Positions 19,403 to 29,162 of a stretch of DNA of 64,000 bases are shown here, in pieces; position 1 is the stretch's first letter; every line of letters begins with the position of its first letter. Source of the stretch: Clostridia bacterium (GTDB lineage Bacteria > Bacillota > Clostridia > Oscillospirales > CAG-382); assembly GCA_017549365.1 (NCBI GenBank), contig JAFYUZ010000027.1, positions 5,619 through 69,618 of the forward strand, given 5' to 3'. Position numbers and translations under genes: made by a program. The notes beneath the pieces were generated by a model. That model did not search any database, was not told where the DNA came from, and saw only the letters and a list, made by a program, of their open reading frames with translations.

Positions 19403-20164
19403 TCAGTCAAGTGTGCGCAGATATGTGATGCAGCGTTCAACTTCTTCAAGACCTGTGGGATCGAGGCTTTCGGATTCGATAACCATGCGAACATCGTTCT
19501 TCTTTGCCCATTCAACGATCTGGGGAATAATGTTTGCACCCGAACCTACCGAGCGACCCTGTACGCCATCGTGAACGTGGTCAAAATTCTTGTTTTCTGC
19601 CGCAGACGGGAAACCGTCCTTAAGGTGGATAACGCGGATTCTGCTCTTGTTTGCTTCGAGGTAACCGATTACGTCAAGACCTGCGTTGAAAGCCCAGAAT
19701 GTGTCGATTTCGAGCTCGATGGAGGTCTGTGCAATAATTTCGTTTTCAAAAATTGTGCCGTTTTCATCGGGGAAGAACTCTTTGGAATGGTTGTGATAAC
19801 CAAGTCTGATGCCGTTTTCGGCAAGCTTCTTCTGAGCATCCTTGAGAGCGCCAAGTGTTGCATCAAGGTTCGACCAGTTGCAGCCGGGAACGATAAGGTT
19901 TTCGCAACCGATGATCTTGTGATATCTGATGGTCTCCTCGATGGTTTCGGGGGTAAGGGCATGAAGGCCTGTGTGTGTGCCCGAGCAAACAAGTCCGAAT
20001 TCGTCGAGCCAAACCTTTATCTGTTCGGGAAGATAATCAAAGAAGCCTGCAAACTCAACGTACTTGTAGCCCATTTCGGCAACCTTTTTGAGCGCCAGCT
20101 TCATGGTGTTTTCGGTGATGTCGCGCAGCGAGTACATCTGAAGACCGTATTCTGTTCTAGCCAT
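19403..20164 (-). CDS. Sugar phosphate isomerase/epimerase (xylose isomerase-like TIM barrel)
   Basis: 253-aa ORF with family-like motifs ('YKYVEFAG', 'GYHNH', 'IHLKD'). A TTGACA-17-TATACT promoter lies at 20220-20248 on the minus strand. Confidence 0.7.
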   Translation of the reverse strand: MARTEYGLQMYSLRDITENTMKLALKKVAEMGYKYVEFAGFFDYLPEQIKVWLDEFGLVCSGTHTGLHALTPETIEETIRYHKIIGCENLIVPGCNWSNLDATLGALKDAQKKLAENGIRLGYHNHSKEFFPDENGTIFENEIIAQTSIELEIDTFWAFNAGLDVIGYLEANKSRIRVIHLKDGFPSAAENKNFDHVHDGVQGRSVGSGANIIPQIVEWAKKNDVRMVIESESLDPTGLEEVERCITYLRTLD

Positions 20165-20315
20165 AGCTTTATACCTCAGCTTTCAAAATTCATGTTATTC
20201 GGCATTTGCCGTCAAGTTTAGTATATCAAATTATATTTTCATTGTCAACCTATTTCGCGAATTTACCTTGTTAAAAAACAACACATTCGAAAAAACGAAT
20301 GTGTTGTTTTGTTGT

Positions 20316-22196
20316 TTATTCAGGCTTAAAGGAGTTTATGATCTCTCGGATTTCGTTTCTTGAATATTCGGAATAGTATACTTCGGTGTAGATAGCGTAC
20401 ATAACGTAAAGCTTCGAGCCGTCGTATGCCACAAGACACTGCTGATAGATCTTCATTTCACCGTCTTCTTCATACGAGAAAGTCATATCTGCAAACTTTT
20501 TGCCGCCGATGGTTACAAAATCTGTCGATTCAAGCTCGTAACCTGCATTGGTAAGAGAATCCTGAAGATTCTGGCTGAAATCGCTGAGAGTAAGGCTTCC
20601 CTGGGTGTATACAGGGGGAGTTGTGATAGAAAGCTGATAGATCACGGCGGTGTCGCGGTTTACAATAGTAGCACCCATGTCGCTCTTTGAAGCTTCGATG
20701 TAGGAATAAGGCGCCTGGAGGCTCCAACCCGTACCCTTGATAGTAAACTTTTCTTCGCTGTCCGAGCCCGTGTCATACATGAGTATGCCCACTTCTGTGG
20801 GATCAAGGGGCTCTGCCTTGAAGCTTGCAATCACCTTTTCCATGGTCGGATTTGCATCCGCATTGTTTTCGACCATGATACCGACATTGTAAACATAATC
20901 ACCGATCTCAAAGCATACATCCTTGCCAAAGATCGACATAAACGACGAGTCAATGGTATAGTTGAATTCGTATACTTGGCGATCGCCATAGGTCTTTTCA
21001 GAGATCTTGTCGGGCGAGAAGATGTTTTCGTTGAAATATTCGCACTGCTTATAGATGGTTTCGCAAAATTCCTTTGCCGAACCCACGTCGCTCTTGGAAT
21101 AAATGCTGACGTTCATACCTTCAAGACCGCCGGTTTCGGGATCGTTGAAAACAATAGAGTTGCCGATGCCATCCTCTTTGGCAAGTGCGAACGAATCGGG
21201 TACCGAAACCTCATAATTAAGACTTTCGGAGGTATAGACTCTCATGCCGTCCTTGATGTTCGAAAGGTCATATACATCCTCTGCAGGATATGTGAGAGCA
21301 AAAGTAGAGGTGAGCGCAAGGATCTCGTCGCGGATTGCGGCATCTGTACCGCATACCGAATAGATAGAGTATATGTATTTATCGGTTACATAGATCTTGT
21401 CTTCAAAAAATCCCTTGTCATTTCTGAACTGGAAATGCATTGTTTTTGCTTCGGAATTTTTGTCTGCCTTTACAAGGGTGTTGCCGGCGGAATAGGATGT
21501 CTTGTATTCGATAAAATCCTTTTCAAAGTCGTATTCGTCGTAAACGGGATCGACGTATACTTCTATTATATTTTCTTTGTATCCGAAAGTGGTCAACGAT
21601 CCGTCAAATTCGCGATCGTCCATCACAAGATCGGAAGAATTTTCCATCGACCAGCCATAAAAACTGTCGCCGATGTACTTTTCGGAAATACCACCCGAAA
21701 CGATCTCGCCCTCGCCTGTGGCAGCTTCCTTGATAACGACGATGCTCTTTGTGGCATCGTCATACGAAACTGTGGCACCAAAGGTTTCGGATATGAAACG
21801 CAGAGGAACCATTGTAAAGCCTGTGAGGGTAAGTTCGGGGGCAGAAAGAAGCTCCTGCGCCTTGCCGTTTACCTCTGCGATGGGGTTGTTTATCTGAAGC
21901 AGAATATCAACGTCGGGATATTCAAGGGTTATGCTCTTGGTTTCGGCGATCCATTCCACCTTTGCGCCAAAAGCTTCGGTGATAACGCGCAGGGGAACGA
22001 GAGTTACGCCAACACCGACAACGTAGGGCTTTTCTACGGTGACAGGTGCTCCGTTTATCATAAGTGTTTCATCTCCCACGCGGAAGCTTATTTCAACCCT
22101 TGCAGGAATCTGCTGTTCCGCCACCTCGTCGGCAGAAACGGGAACCATCGCAACCAGCATGATGAGCGAAAGAATAAATGCTGTTAACTTTTTCAT
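20316..22196 (-). CDS. Secreted protein with two copper-amine-oxidase-N-like ('stalk') domains plus an uncharacterised C-terminal region
   Basis: AGGAGG RBS and a signal peptide. 'VTLVPLRVITEAFGAKVEW' and 'FTMVPLRFISETFGATVSY' are typical of that domain. Confidence 0.7.
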   Translation of the reverse strand: MKKLTAFILSLIMLVAMVPVSADEVAEQQIPARVEISFRVGDETLMINGAPVTVEKPYVVGVGVTLVPLRVITEAFGAKVEWIAETKSITLEYPDVDILLQINNPIAEVNGKAQELLSAPELTLTGFTMVPLRFISETFGATVSYDDATKSIVVIKEAATGEGEIVSGGISEKYIGDSFYGWSMENSSDLVMDDREFDGSLTTFGYKENIIEVYVDPVYDEYDFEKDFIEYKTSYSAGNTLVKADKNSEAKTMHFQFRNDKGFFEDKIYVTDKYIYSIYSVCGTDAAIRDEILALTSTFALTYPAEDVYDLSNIKDGMRVYTSESLNYEVSVPDSFALAKEDGIGNSIVFNDPETGGLEGMNVSIYSKSDVGSAKEFCETIYKQCEYFNENIFSPDKISEKTYGDRQVYEFNYTIDSSFMSIFGKDVCFEIGDYVYNVGIMVENNADANPTMEKVIASFKAEPLDPTEVGILMYDTGSDSEEKFTIKGTGWSLQAPYSYIEASKSDMGATIVNRDTAVIYQLSITTPPVYTQGSLTLSDFSQNLQDSLTNAGYELESTDFVTIGGKKFADMTFSYEEDGEMKIYQQCLVAYDGSKLYVMYAIYTEVYYSEYSRNEIREIINSFKPE

Positions 22197-22208
22197 TTTT
22201 TGTCCTCC

Positions 22209-23339
22209 TTATTTGTAGATGGTGGTACTTGACACCATTCCATTTCGGACATATGAGATGTCAAGCGCTTTTGTGGATGGGTTATATGTCTTCTTAACAG
22301 CTTCGTTCCAATCGGAAATCGAGTGTACCTCGATGCCGCCAAGCGCCGTTATAACGTCGCCTGCGAGGATAGAAGCATCTGTGGAAGATCTGACGGTCAG
22401 TCCCTTTGAGGTGGGAAGTCCTATTTTTGCCTCCCAGCTCTGCTCAAGGGTAAACTCGATGGCAGGACGGATGATTCCGCCATATGTTTCGAACTGGCTG
22501 ATGGCAAATTTTAACGTCTCTACGGGAATAGAAAAGCTCATGTTGTCTATCATAACAGAAGCGTATTTGCTCGAATTAAGTCCCACAAGCTCGCCCCTGA
22601 CGTTAAGCAACGGTCCACCGGAATTTCCGGGGTTTATTGAAGCGTCTGTCTGCAATATTTTGTAGTGCGAACCCTCGAGCGAAACATCGACGCCGCTGAT
22701 TATACCCTTTGTTACCGAATTTCTCATCGAAAGGGATATGGGCGTGCCTATGGCGATAACTGTTTTTCCGGAAATGACTGTGGCGGGATCTGCAAAGCTT
22801 ATGGGCGTAAGTCCAAGCTTTTCGATCTTGACTATGGCAATGTCGGCAAGCTCGTCGGAATATAGCACCTTTGCGGGATAGCTTTCTCCGTTATTTAAAA
22901 CAACCGTTATGTTTTTTATGCCCTGCACAACATGGGCGTTGGTAAGAATATGGCCGTTGCTTTTATAGATTACTCCGCTGCCATGGGCTGTGGGTGTGTT
23001 GTACTGTGCCGATGCCGAATTGCTGATGGCATTTCCAATGATGGTAACGACCGACTGGCTTACGGTTTCAACCACTTTTGCTATGGCATCGTCCTCGGTG
23101 AAGTTGATAAATGCGCTGTAGGTGTCACCATCCCATGTAACCTCGGCACCAAGCGCCTCGCTTACCGCACGCAGAGGAATGAAAGTTCGGTCGTTGTGCA
23201 AAAGGGTTTCCTCTTCAACGCGCATTCCGTTTACATAAACGCGCACTGTGCGCTGGGCATATACAGTCCCTGCGAGAAAAACCGCCACAATAACAAAACA
23301 AAGGCACAAAACCTTGCGGACATTCTTCAAATAACTCAT
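22209..23339 (-). CDS. HtrA/DegP-like serine protease with an N-terminal copper-amine-oxidase-N-like domain and a C-terminal PDZ domain
   Basis: 'RTFIPLRAVSEALGAEVTWD', then the catalytic triad context ('TNAHV', 'DIAIVK', 'GNSGGPLLN'), then PDZ. The preferred start is the ATG at 23339, after an AGGAAAGG RBS. Confidence 0.8.
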   Translation of the reverse strand: MSYLKNVRKVLCLCFVIVAVFLAGTVYAQRTVRVYVNGMRVEEETLLHNDRTFIPLRAVSEALGAEVTWDGDTYSAFINFTEDDAIAKVVETVSQSVVTIIGNAISNSASAQYNTPTAHGSGVIYKSNGHILTNAHVVQGIKNITVVLNNGESYPAKVLYSDELADIAIVKIEKLGLTPISFADPATVISGKTVIAIGTPISLSMRNSVTKGIISGVDVSLEGSHYKILQTDASINPGNSGGPLLNVRGELVGLNSSKYASVMIDNMSFSIPVETLKFAISQFETYGGIIRPAIEFTLEQSWEAKIGLPTSKGLTVRSSTDASILAGDVITALGGIEVHSISDWNEAVKKTYNPSTKALDISYVRNGMVSSTTIYK

Positions 23340-23543
23340 CCCTTTCCTTATAATATCGAGTTTTATATAATATATCAAACGTTTAAACATGCGTCACAGT
23401 TACGCAAATATTAAGATATAGTCTATCTTTTTTTATATTATAGCATACAATTTCCCGCAAGTCAACCCTAATGAGTTAGCCTTTATACCCCAATAAAGTT
23501 AAAATCAAATTATGGTATTTTTTGGTATAAAGGAGTGTTTTTT

Positions 23544-23786
23544 ATGACAATCGGAAACGCAACCAGACTCAGAATAGCAGAACTTTGCGAAGAAAGAGGT
23601 ATAACCGTAAACAAGCTGTCCACCATCTGCGGCATAACCCAATCGACGCTGAACAACATCGTCGGCGGACGCAACAACAGCACCACCGTGTCCACTGTCA
23701 AAAAAATCTGCGACGGGCTCGAGATCTCTATCGTCGATTTCTTCAAATCGGATGTTTTCAATGATCTTGAGCAAGAGATCAGATAA
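23544..23786 (+). CDS. XRE-family helix-turn-helix transcriptional regulator (80 aa)
   Basis: AGGAG lies 8 nt before the ATG at 23544. 'LRIAELCEERGITVNKLSTICGITQSTLNNIV', ending 'DLEQEIR', parallels the 18562-18804 product ending 'ELEQEIK'. Confidence 0.8.
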   Translation: MTIGNATRLRIAELCEERGITVNKLSTICGITQSTLNNIVGGRNNSTTVSTVKKICDGLEISIVDFFKSDVFNDLEQEIR

Positions 23787-24034
23787 CAGATTGCCACATA
23801 GATCGTTCGGGTGCAGAACAGTTTTTCGCGATAATCTGCAGCATAATTATATCTTTTGCAGAGTGTCGCAAAATTGTGTTGCGTCATTCACCTGAATATC
23901 GACTCAATTTGCACCTTTTTGCACTTATATACTATATAAACCGCAGAAATGGAAAAAACGTTAGCCTTTTTTTGAAAAAATTGAAAAAACAAAAAGCCCG
24001 CACGATACCGTGCGGGCAAAGCTTTTTTTATAAA

Positions 24035-24748
24035 TTATTTAACTGCTGTGAAAAGGTTGAGGATAGAAGTTGTGTCATCGTTTGTGGATGTGGTAACGGT
24101 TACAACAACCATGTAATCATCCTGCTTGTAAATAACCTGCTTCTGATACATCTTGATGCCGTTTCTCGAACCGGTAACTGTAATAGCTTCGCGCTGCTGA
24201 CCGGCGAAGTTAACTTCTGCGGTGTCGATTTCTGCATCAAAAACGCCCTGCTTTGCAAGGGATGTGGGAAGAGCGGCAATTGTTGCTGCAACATAATCGC
24301 TCTCGCTCATCTTGTCATCTGTTGCGGGAACTGCGATGTTGTCGAGAATAACCGATACGACCGCGTTCTTGTTGCTCTTTGCATAGAAATCCTGGATAGA
24401 GTCGGCCTTTTTCATCTGAGCTTCGTAGTTTCCGTCAGCCTTCTTTGTAAAGCCGTTTGTTGCAAGATTTTCTTCGTTGGTTTCACAATCCCACTTGTTG
24501 TCGCCTGCGTTGGGGAACTTGGCTGTGATGCCGAGATATTCGTTTTTGTAGATGTTGGGAACTGTAAGAGTTCCGATAGTGGGAGCAACATCTGCGGGAG
24601 TTTCGTCCTCTGCCTCGGGAGTAACTTCTTCCTGCTGTTCGCCATCAACGGGAGTTTCTTCGGGAGCTTCTTCTGCCTTCTTTGAGCAAGCGGCAAGAGA
24701 AACTGCAAGAGCGAGCGCCAAAATAAGTGCTATCTTTTTCATAATCAA
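24035..24748 (-). CDS. Lipoprotein, unknown function
   Basis: Signal peptide with the lipobox 'SLAAC', followed by an E/P/T-rich linker. Confidence 0.7.
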   Translation of the reverse strand: MIMKKIALILALALAVSLAACSKKAEEAPEETPVDGEQQEEVTPEAEDETPADVAPTIGTLTVPNIYKNEYLGITAKFPNAGDNKWDCETNEENLATNGFTKKADGNYEAQMKKADSIQDFYAKSNKNAVVSVILDNIAVPATDDKMSESDYVAATIAALPTSLAKQGVFDAEIDTAEVNFAGQQREAITVTGSRNGIKMYQKQVIYKQDDYMVVVTVTTSTNDDTTSILNLFTAVK

Positions 24749-24936
24749 GACCGTTCCTTTCTGATTGTCGGGAGCTTTTGTTTTTTGCGAAAGGCAAAAA
24801 CCATGCTGTTTTCGCCCGATGCAAACACCGACATAGCTATCGAAATTATATTATTCGTTACATTATATTGTATAGGAAAAAAGGCAAAAAGTCAATAGCT
24901 TTGCACAAATTTTTATGAGCAGGCAATAAATGCGCA

Positions 24937-24978
24937 AAAATTGGGGGTATGACAAACGTCATACCCCCAAAGTTTTTT
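24937..24978 (-). terminator. rpoC intrinsic terminator
   Basis: An 11-bp stem gggggtatgac/gtcataccccc (24944-24954 and 24959-24969) has T-runs on both strands. Confidence 0.8.
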
Positions 24979-24980
24979 AT

Positions 24981-27900
24981 TTATTCAGCATCAAAAACTG
25001 TTTCTTCGTCCGATTCGGCGTCGCCTTCTGCGTCCTCAAAGAGGCTTTCAAAAAGGTCTGCCATTGCATCGTCTGCATCGTCTTCATCTGCCTGATCCTC
25101 TTCGGGTTCGGGCTTTTTCTGAACGACGACCGGAGGTTCTTCCTTGTCCTCAAATTCGGGAGCAAAGAGGATCTCGTTGTTCTTGTCTGTGATCTCGATG
25201 TCACGGTAGATCTGCATACCTGTACCTGCAGGAATGAGCTTACCGATAAGAACGTTTTCTTTCAGACCGAGCAACGGGTCGATCTTGCCCTTGATAGCGG
25301 CTTCTGTAAGAACCTTTGTGGTTTCCTGGAAGGACGCTGCCGAGAGGAACGACTCTGTGGAAAGGGAAGCCTTTGTAATACCGAGAAGCATGGGAGAAGC
25401 TGTGGCAGGCGCAATACCTGTTTCGCCTGCGGCGATGCGCTTTTCGATGGGCTCGTTTGCTTCCTTAAGCTCGGTGCGGCTGATGATCGAACCAACAAGA
25501 AGCTCGGTGCTTCCGGAGGTTTCGACCTTTACCTTTCTTGTCATCTGGCGGGTGATGGTTTCGATATGCTTGTCATTGATCTCAACGCCCTGGAGAGCGT
25601 AAACCTTCTGAACTTCCTTGATGATATATTCGTAAACAGCGTCAAGACCGTTGATACGAACGATATCTGCGGGGCTCATAAGACCTTCGGTGATCGACTG
25701 ACCGCGATATACTTCGTCACCTTCCTGAATGATAACTCTTGTTCCGAGAGGAATGTTGTATTCAAACTTCTTGCCCTCAACTTCTGCCTGAACGTCTGCG
25801 GGAAGAGTCTGCTTTTCGAGATCCGAGAGAACGCGGTTGATAACAACGCGGCGGAACTTCTTGTCTTCGGTGATCGACGAAACGACACCGTCGCAATCCG
25901 AAACAACGCTGGTCTTCTTGGGACGGCGTGCTTCGAAGAGTTCTTCAACTCGGGGAAGACCCTGTGTAATATCGCCGCCGGCGATACCACCGGTGTGGAA
26001 GGTTCTCATGGTAAGCTGTGTACCGGGTTCACCGATAGACTGAGCAGCGATGATACCAACTGCTTCGCCGACGTTTACAGGCTTGCCCGACGAGAGGTCG
26101 GAACCGTAGCAGTGTACACAAACGCCGTGCTTCGACTGACAGTTGAGAACAGAGCGGATATTTACCTTCATGATGCGGTGATCGGGATTTTCGCGGGCCT
26201 GTGTATCCACAATAGCCTTTGCCTGATCTTCCGAGATCATGGTGTTGTCGGGAACGATAACTTCGCCTGTCATGGGATCGACAACGTCGCCAATGACAAA
26301 ACGACCGATAAGACGAAGGTCGAGTGCCTCGATCTTTTCCTTGCCCTCGGCGATTTCGGAAACCCAAAGACCGTCGGTGGCGTCACAGTCGACTTCGCGG
26401 ATGATAACGTCCTGCGAAACGTCAACGAGACGTCTTGTAAGGTAACCCGAGTCAGCGGTACGAAGAGCCGTATCGGCAAGACCCTTACGGGCACCACGGG
26501 CAGCGATGAAGTATTCGAGAATATTAAGACCTTCACGGAAGTTAGCCTTGATAGGAAGTTCGATGGTCTGACCGGAGGTGGAAGCCATAAGTCCACGCAT
26601 ACCGGCAAGCTGTCTGATCTGCTTGATCGAACCACGGGCACCGGAAACCGCCATCATACGAATGTTGTTGAATTCGTCGAGGTTTGCGGTAAGAGCGTTT
26701 GCAACGTCGTTGGTCGCAACTTCCCAGATCTTGATAACGCGCTGTCTTCTTTCTTCGTCGGTAAGAAGACCCTTGTTATAAAGCTTGGAGATGATGGCAA
26801 CCTGCTTTTCGCCCTCTTCGATGATGACCTTCTTCTGAGGAGGAACGGTCATATCCGAGACAGAGATCGAAATTGCAGCTCTTGTCGAATATTTGTAGCC
26901 TGTGTCCTTGATAAAGTCAAGAACTTCGGCAGTTTTTGAAATTCCGTGATATTTGATACAGTTATCGATGATCTTTCCGAGTTCATCCTTTGTTACAACG
27001 CGGTTGATCTCGAGATCAAGCATGTTGTCTTCGTTTCTTTCGATGAAGTGGAGATCCTGAGGAATCGATCTGTTGAAGATGAGACGACCGAGTGTCGCAT
27101 CGATAATTCCGCTCTTTACTGTGCCGTCATCAAGGGTCTTGGTCATTCTCACGCGGATGGGTGCGTGCAGACCGAGCTCGCCGTTGGCATACGCCATCAT
27201 AGCTTCGTCAAAGTTGCGGAAGCACATTCCCTCGCCCTTTTCATCGTGCTTTACGATGGTAAGGTAGTAAGAACCGAGAACCATGTCCTGGGTAGGAACG
27301 GTAACGGCATGACCGTTAACCGGCTTGAGCAGGTTGTTTGCCGAGAGCATGAGGAAACGAGCCTCTGCCTGAGCTTCTGCAGAAAGGGGCACGTGAACAG
27401 GCATCTGGTCGCCGTCAAAGTCAGCGTTGAACGCGGTACAAACAAGGGGATGGAGCTTGATCGCACGTCCCTCGACAAGTACGGGTTCGAATGCCTGGAT
27501 AGAAAGTCTGTGAAGTGTAGGCGCACGGTTGAGAAGAACGGGATGGTCCTTGATAACGTATTCAAGAGCGTCCCAAACTTCTGTGTTAACGCGCTCAACC
27601 TTCTTCTTTGCATCCTTGATATTTGCGGATTTTCCTGTTTCAACAAGGCGCTTCATAACAAAGGGCTTGAAGAGCTCGAGAGCCATTTCCTTAGGAAGAC
27701 CGCACTGGTATATCTTGAGGTTAGGACCTACGACGATAACCGAACGACCGGAATAGTCAACACGCTTACCGAGAAGGTTCTGACGGAAGCGTCCCTGCTT
27801 ACCGCGAAGCATTTCGGACAGCGATTTAAGCGCTCTGTTGCTGGGGCCTGTAACCGCTCTTCCGCGGCGGCCGTTGTCGATAAGGGCGTCAACAGCTTCC

Positions 27901-29108
27901 TGAAGCATACGCTTTTCGTTGCGGATGATGATATCGGGCGCCTGGAGCTCCATAAGTCTCTTGAGGCGGTTGTTACGGTTGATAACACGTCTGTAAAGAT
28001 CGTTAAGGTCACTTGTGGCAAATCTGCCGCCGTCGAGCTGGATGAGAGGACGGATATCCGGAGGAATGATCGGAATAACGTCAAGGATCATCCATTCGGG
28101 CTTGTTGCCGGAATTCTTGAAAGATTCGATAACTTCAAGACGCTTTACGATCTTGACCTTCTTCTGGCCCGATGCATTTTCAAGCTCAACTTTGAGCTGA
28201 TTGTCGAACCATTCGAGGTTGTTGATCCATTTTTCCTTGCCTGCGATAACAACGGGAAGAGTATCCACGTCGTTTTCTTCGCAGTATGCGTCATAAAGCT
28301 CTTCGATATACTTCGAGCCTGTCTTTGCAACGATCTTTGCGTTGGGATGCTCGAGGTTGTATCTTGCGACCTTTGTCTTGAAGACTGTGCGGGAGATAAC
28401 CTCGCCTGCGGCGAAGTTTTCACACTCTGCGGGGTCTTCGATGAAATAGATTCTCTTTGCGAGGAAATCGATGACCTTGCTTCTGGAAAGGCCTGTTACT
28501 CTTGCGAAATCGTCGGCGTTTACGCGCATAAATTCGTCGTAACGCTCAAAGTCAAATTCCGAAAGAAGCTCTTTGACAGCCTCTGCACCCATTTCGGCGC
28601 AGAAATCGTCCTCGTACTTTTCGCGGTATTCGTTGTATTCGCGGTCGGTAAGCAGCTGCTTTTTGGAAAGCACTGTGTCTTCACCGGGATCGACAACGAT
28701 GTACTGTGCAAAATAGAGCACCTTTTCGAGAAGTCTGGGCGAAATGTCAAGAAGAAGACCCATTCTCGAAGGAATTGCGCGGAAATACCAGATGTGGGAA
28801 ACGGGAGCCGCAAGCTCGATGTGACCCATTCTTTCGCGTCTTACCTTGTTTGTGGTGATCTCAACGTGACACTTTTCGCAGACCTTGCCCTTGTAGCGGA
28901 CTCTCTTGTACTTGCCGCAGTGACATTCCCAGTCCTTTGTAGGGCCAAAAATGCGTTCGCAGTAAAGACCGTCGCGCTCGGGCTTTAAGGTTCTGTAATT
29001 TATGGTTTCGGGCTTCTTGACTTCGCCGTACGACCAGGATCTGATCATTTCGGGGGAAGCAAGACCGATTTTGATTTTATCAAATTCGTTGTGTTCCATT
29101 TGATTCAT
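24981..29108 (-). CDS. rpoC: DNA-directed RNA polymerase subunit beta' (1375 aa, with a lineage-specific insertion and an acidic C-terminal tail)
   Basis: Zinc-finger '[18 protein letters not shown]', catalytic 'NADFDGDQM', and '[16 protein letters not shown]'. Confidence 0.97.
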   Translation of the reverse strand: MNQMEHNEFDKIKIGLASPEMIRSWSYGEVKKPETINYRTLKPERDGLYCERIFGPTKDWECHCGKYKRVRYKGKVCEKCHVEITTNKVRRERMGHIELAAPVSHIWYFRAIPSRMGLLLDISPRLLEKVLYFAQYIVVDPGEDTVLSKKQLLTDREYNEYREKYEDDFCAEMGAEAVKELLSEFDFERYDEFMRVNADDFARVTGLSRSKVIDFLAKRIYFIEDPAECENFAAGEVISRTVFKTKVARYNLEHPNAKIVAKTGSKYIEELYDAYCEENDVDTLPVVIAGKEKWINNLEWFDNQLKVELENASGQKKVKIVKRLEVIESFKNSGNKPEWMILDVIPIIPPDIRPLIQLDGGRFATSDLNDLYRRVINRNNRLKRLMELQAPDIIIRNEKRMLQEAVDALIDNGRRGRAVTGPSNRALKSLSEMLRGKQGRFRQNLLGKRVDYSGRSVIVVGPNLKIYQCGLPKEMALELFKPFVMKRLVETGKSANIKDAKKKVERVNTEVWDALEYVIKDHPVLLNRAPTLHRLSIQAFEPVLVEGRAIKLHPLVCTAFNADFDGDQMPVHVPLSAEAQAEARFLMLSANNLLKPVNGHAVTVPTQDMVLGSYYLTIVKHDEKGEGMCFRNFDEAMMAYANGELGLHAPIRVRMTKTLDDGTVKSGIIDATLGRLIFNRSIPQDLHFIERNEDNMLDLEINRVVTKDELGKIIDNCIKYHGISKTAEVLDFIKDTGYKYSTRAAISISVSDMTVPPQKKVIIEEGEKQVAIISKLYNKGLLTDEERRQRVIKIWEVATNDVANALTANLDEFNNIRMMAVSGARGSIKQIRQLAGMRGLMASTSGQTIELPIKANFREGLNILEYFIAARGARKGLADTALRTADSGYLTRRLVDVSQDVIIREVDCDATDGLWVSEIAEGKEKIEALDLRLIGRFVIGDVVDPMTGEVIVPDNTMISEDQAKAIVDTQARENPDHRIMKVNIRSVLNCQSKHGVCVHCYGSDLSSGKPVNVGEAVGIIAAQSIGEPGTQLTMRTFHTGGIAGGDITQGLPRVEELFEARRPKKTSVVSDCDGVVSSITEDKKFRRVVINRVLSDLEKQTLPADVQAEVEGKKFEYNIPLGTRVIIQEGDEVYRGQSITEGLMSPADIVRINGLDAVYEYIIKEVQKVYALQGVEINDKHIETITRQMTRKVKVETSGSTELLVGSIISRTELKEANEPIEKRIAAGETGIAPATASPMLLGITKASLSTESFLSAASFQETTKVLTEAAIKGKIDPLLGLKENVLIGKLIPAGTGMQIYRDIEITDKNNEILFAPEFEDKEEPPVVVQKKPEPEEDQADEDDADDAMADLFESLFEDAEGDAESDEETVFDAE

Positions 29109-29162
29109 TTATAAATTGCCGCTCCTTTTCAAAAACATAATAAAAAGTGTATCGGGCGGGGT

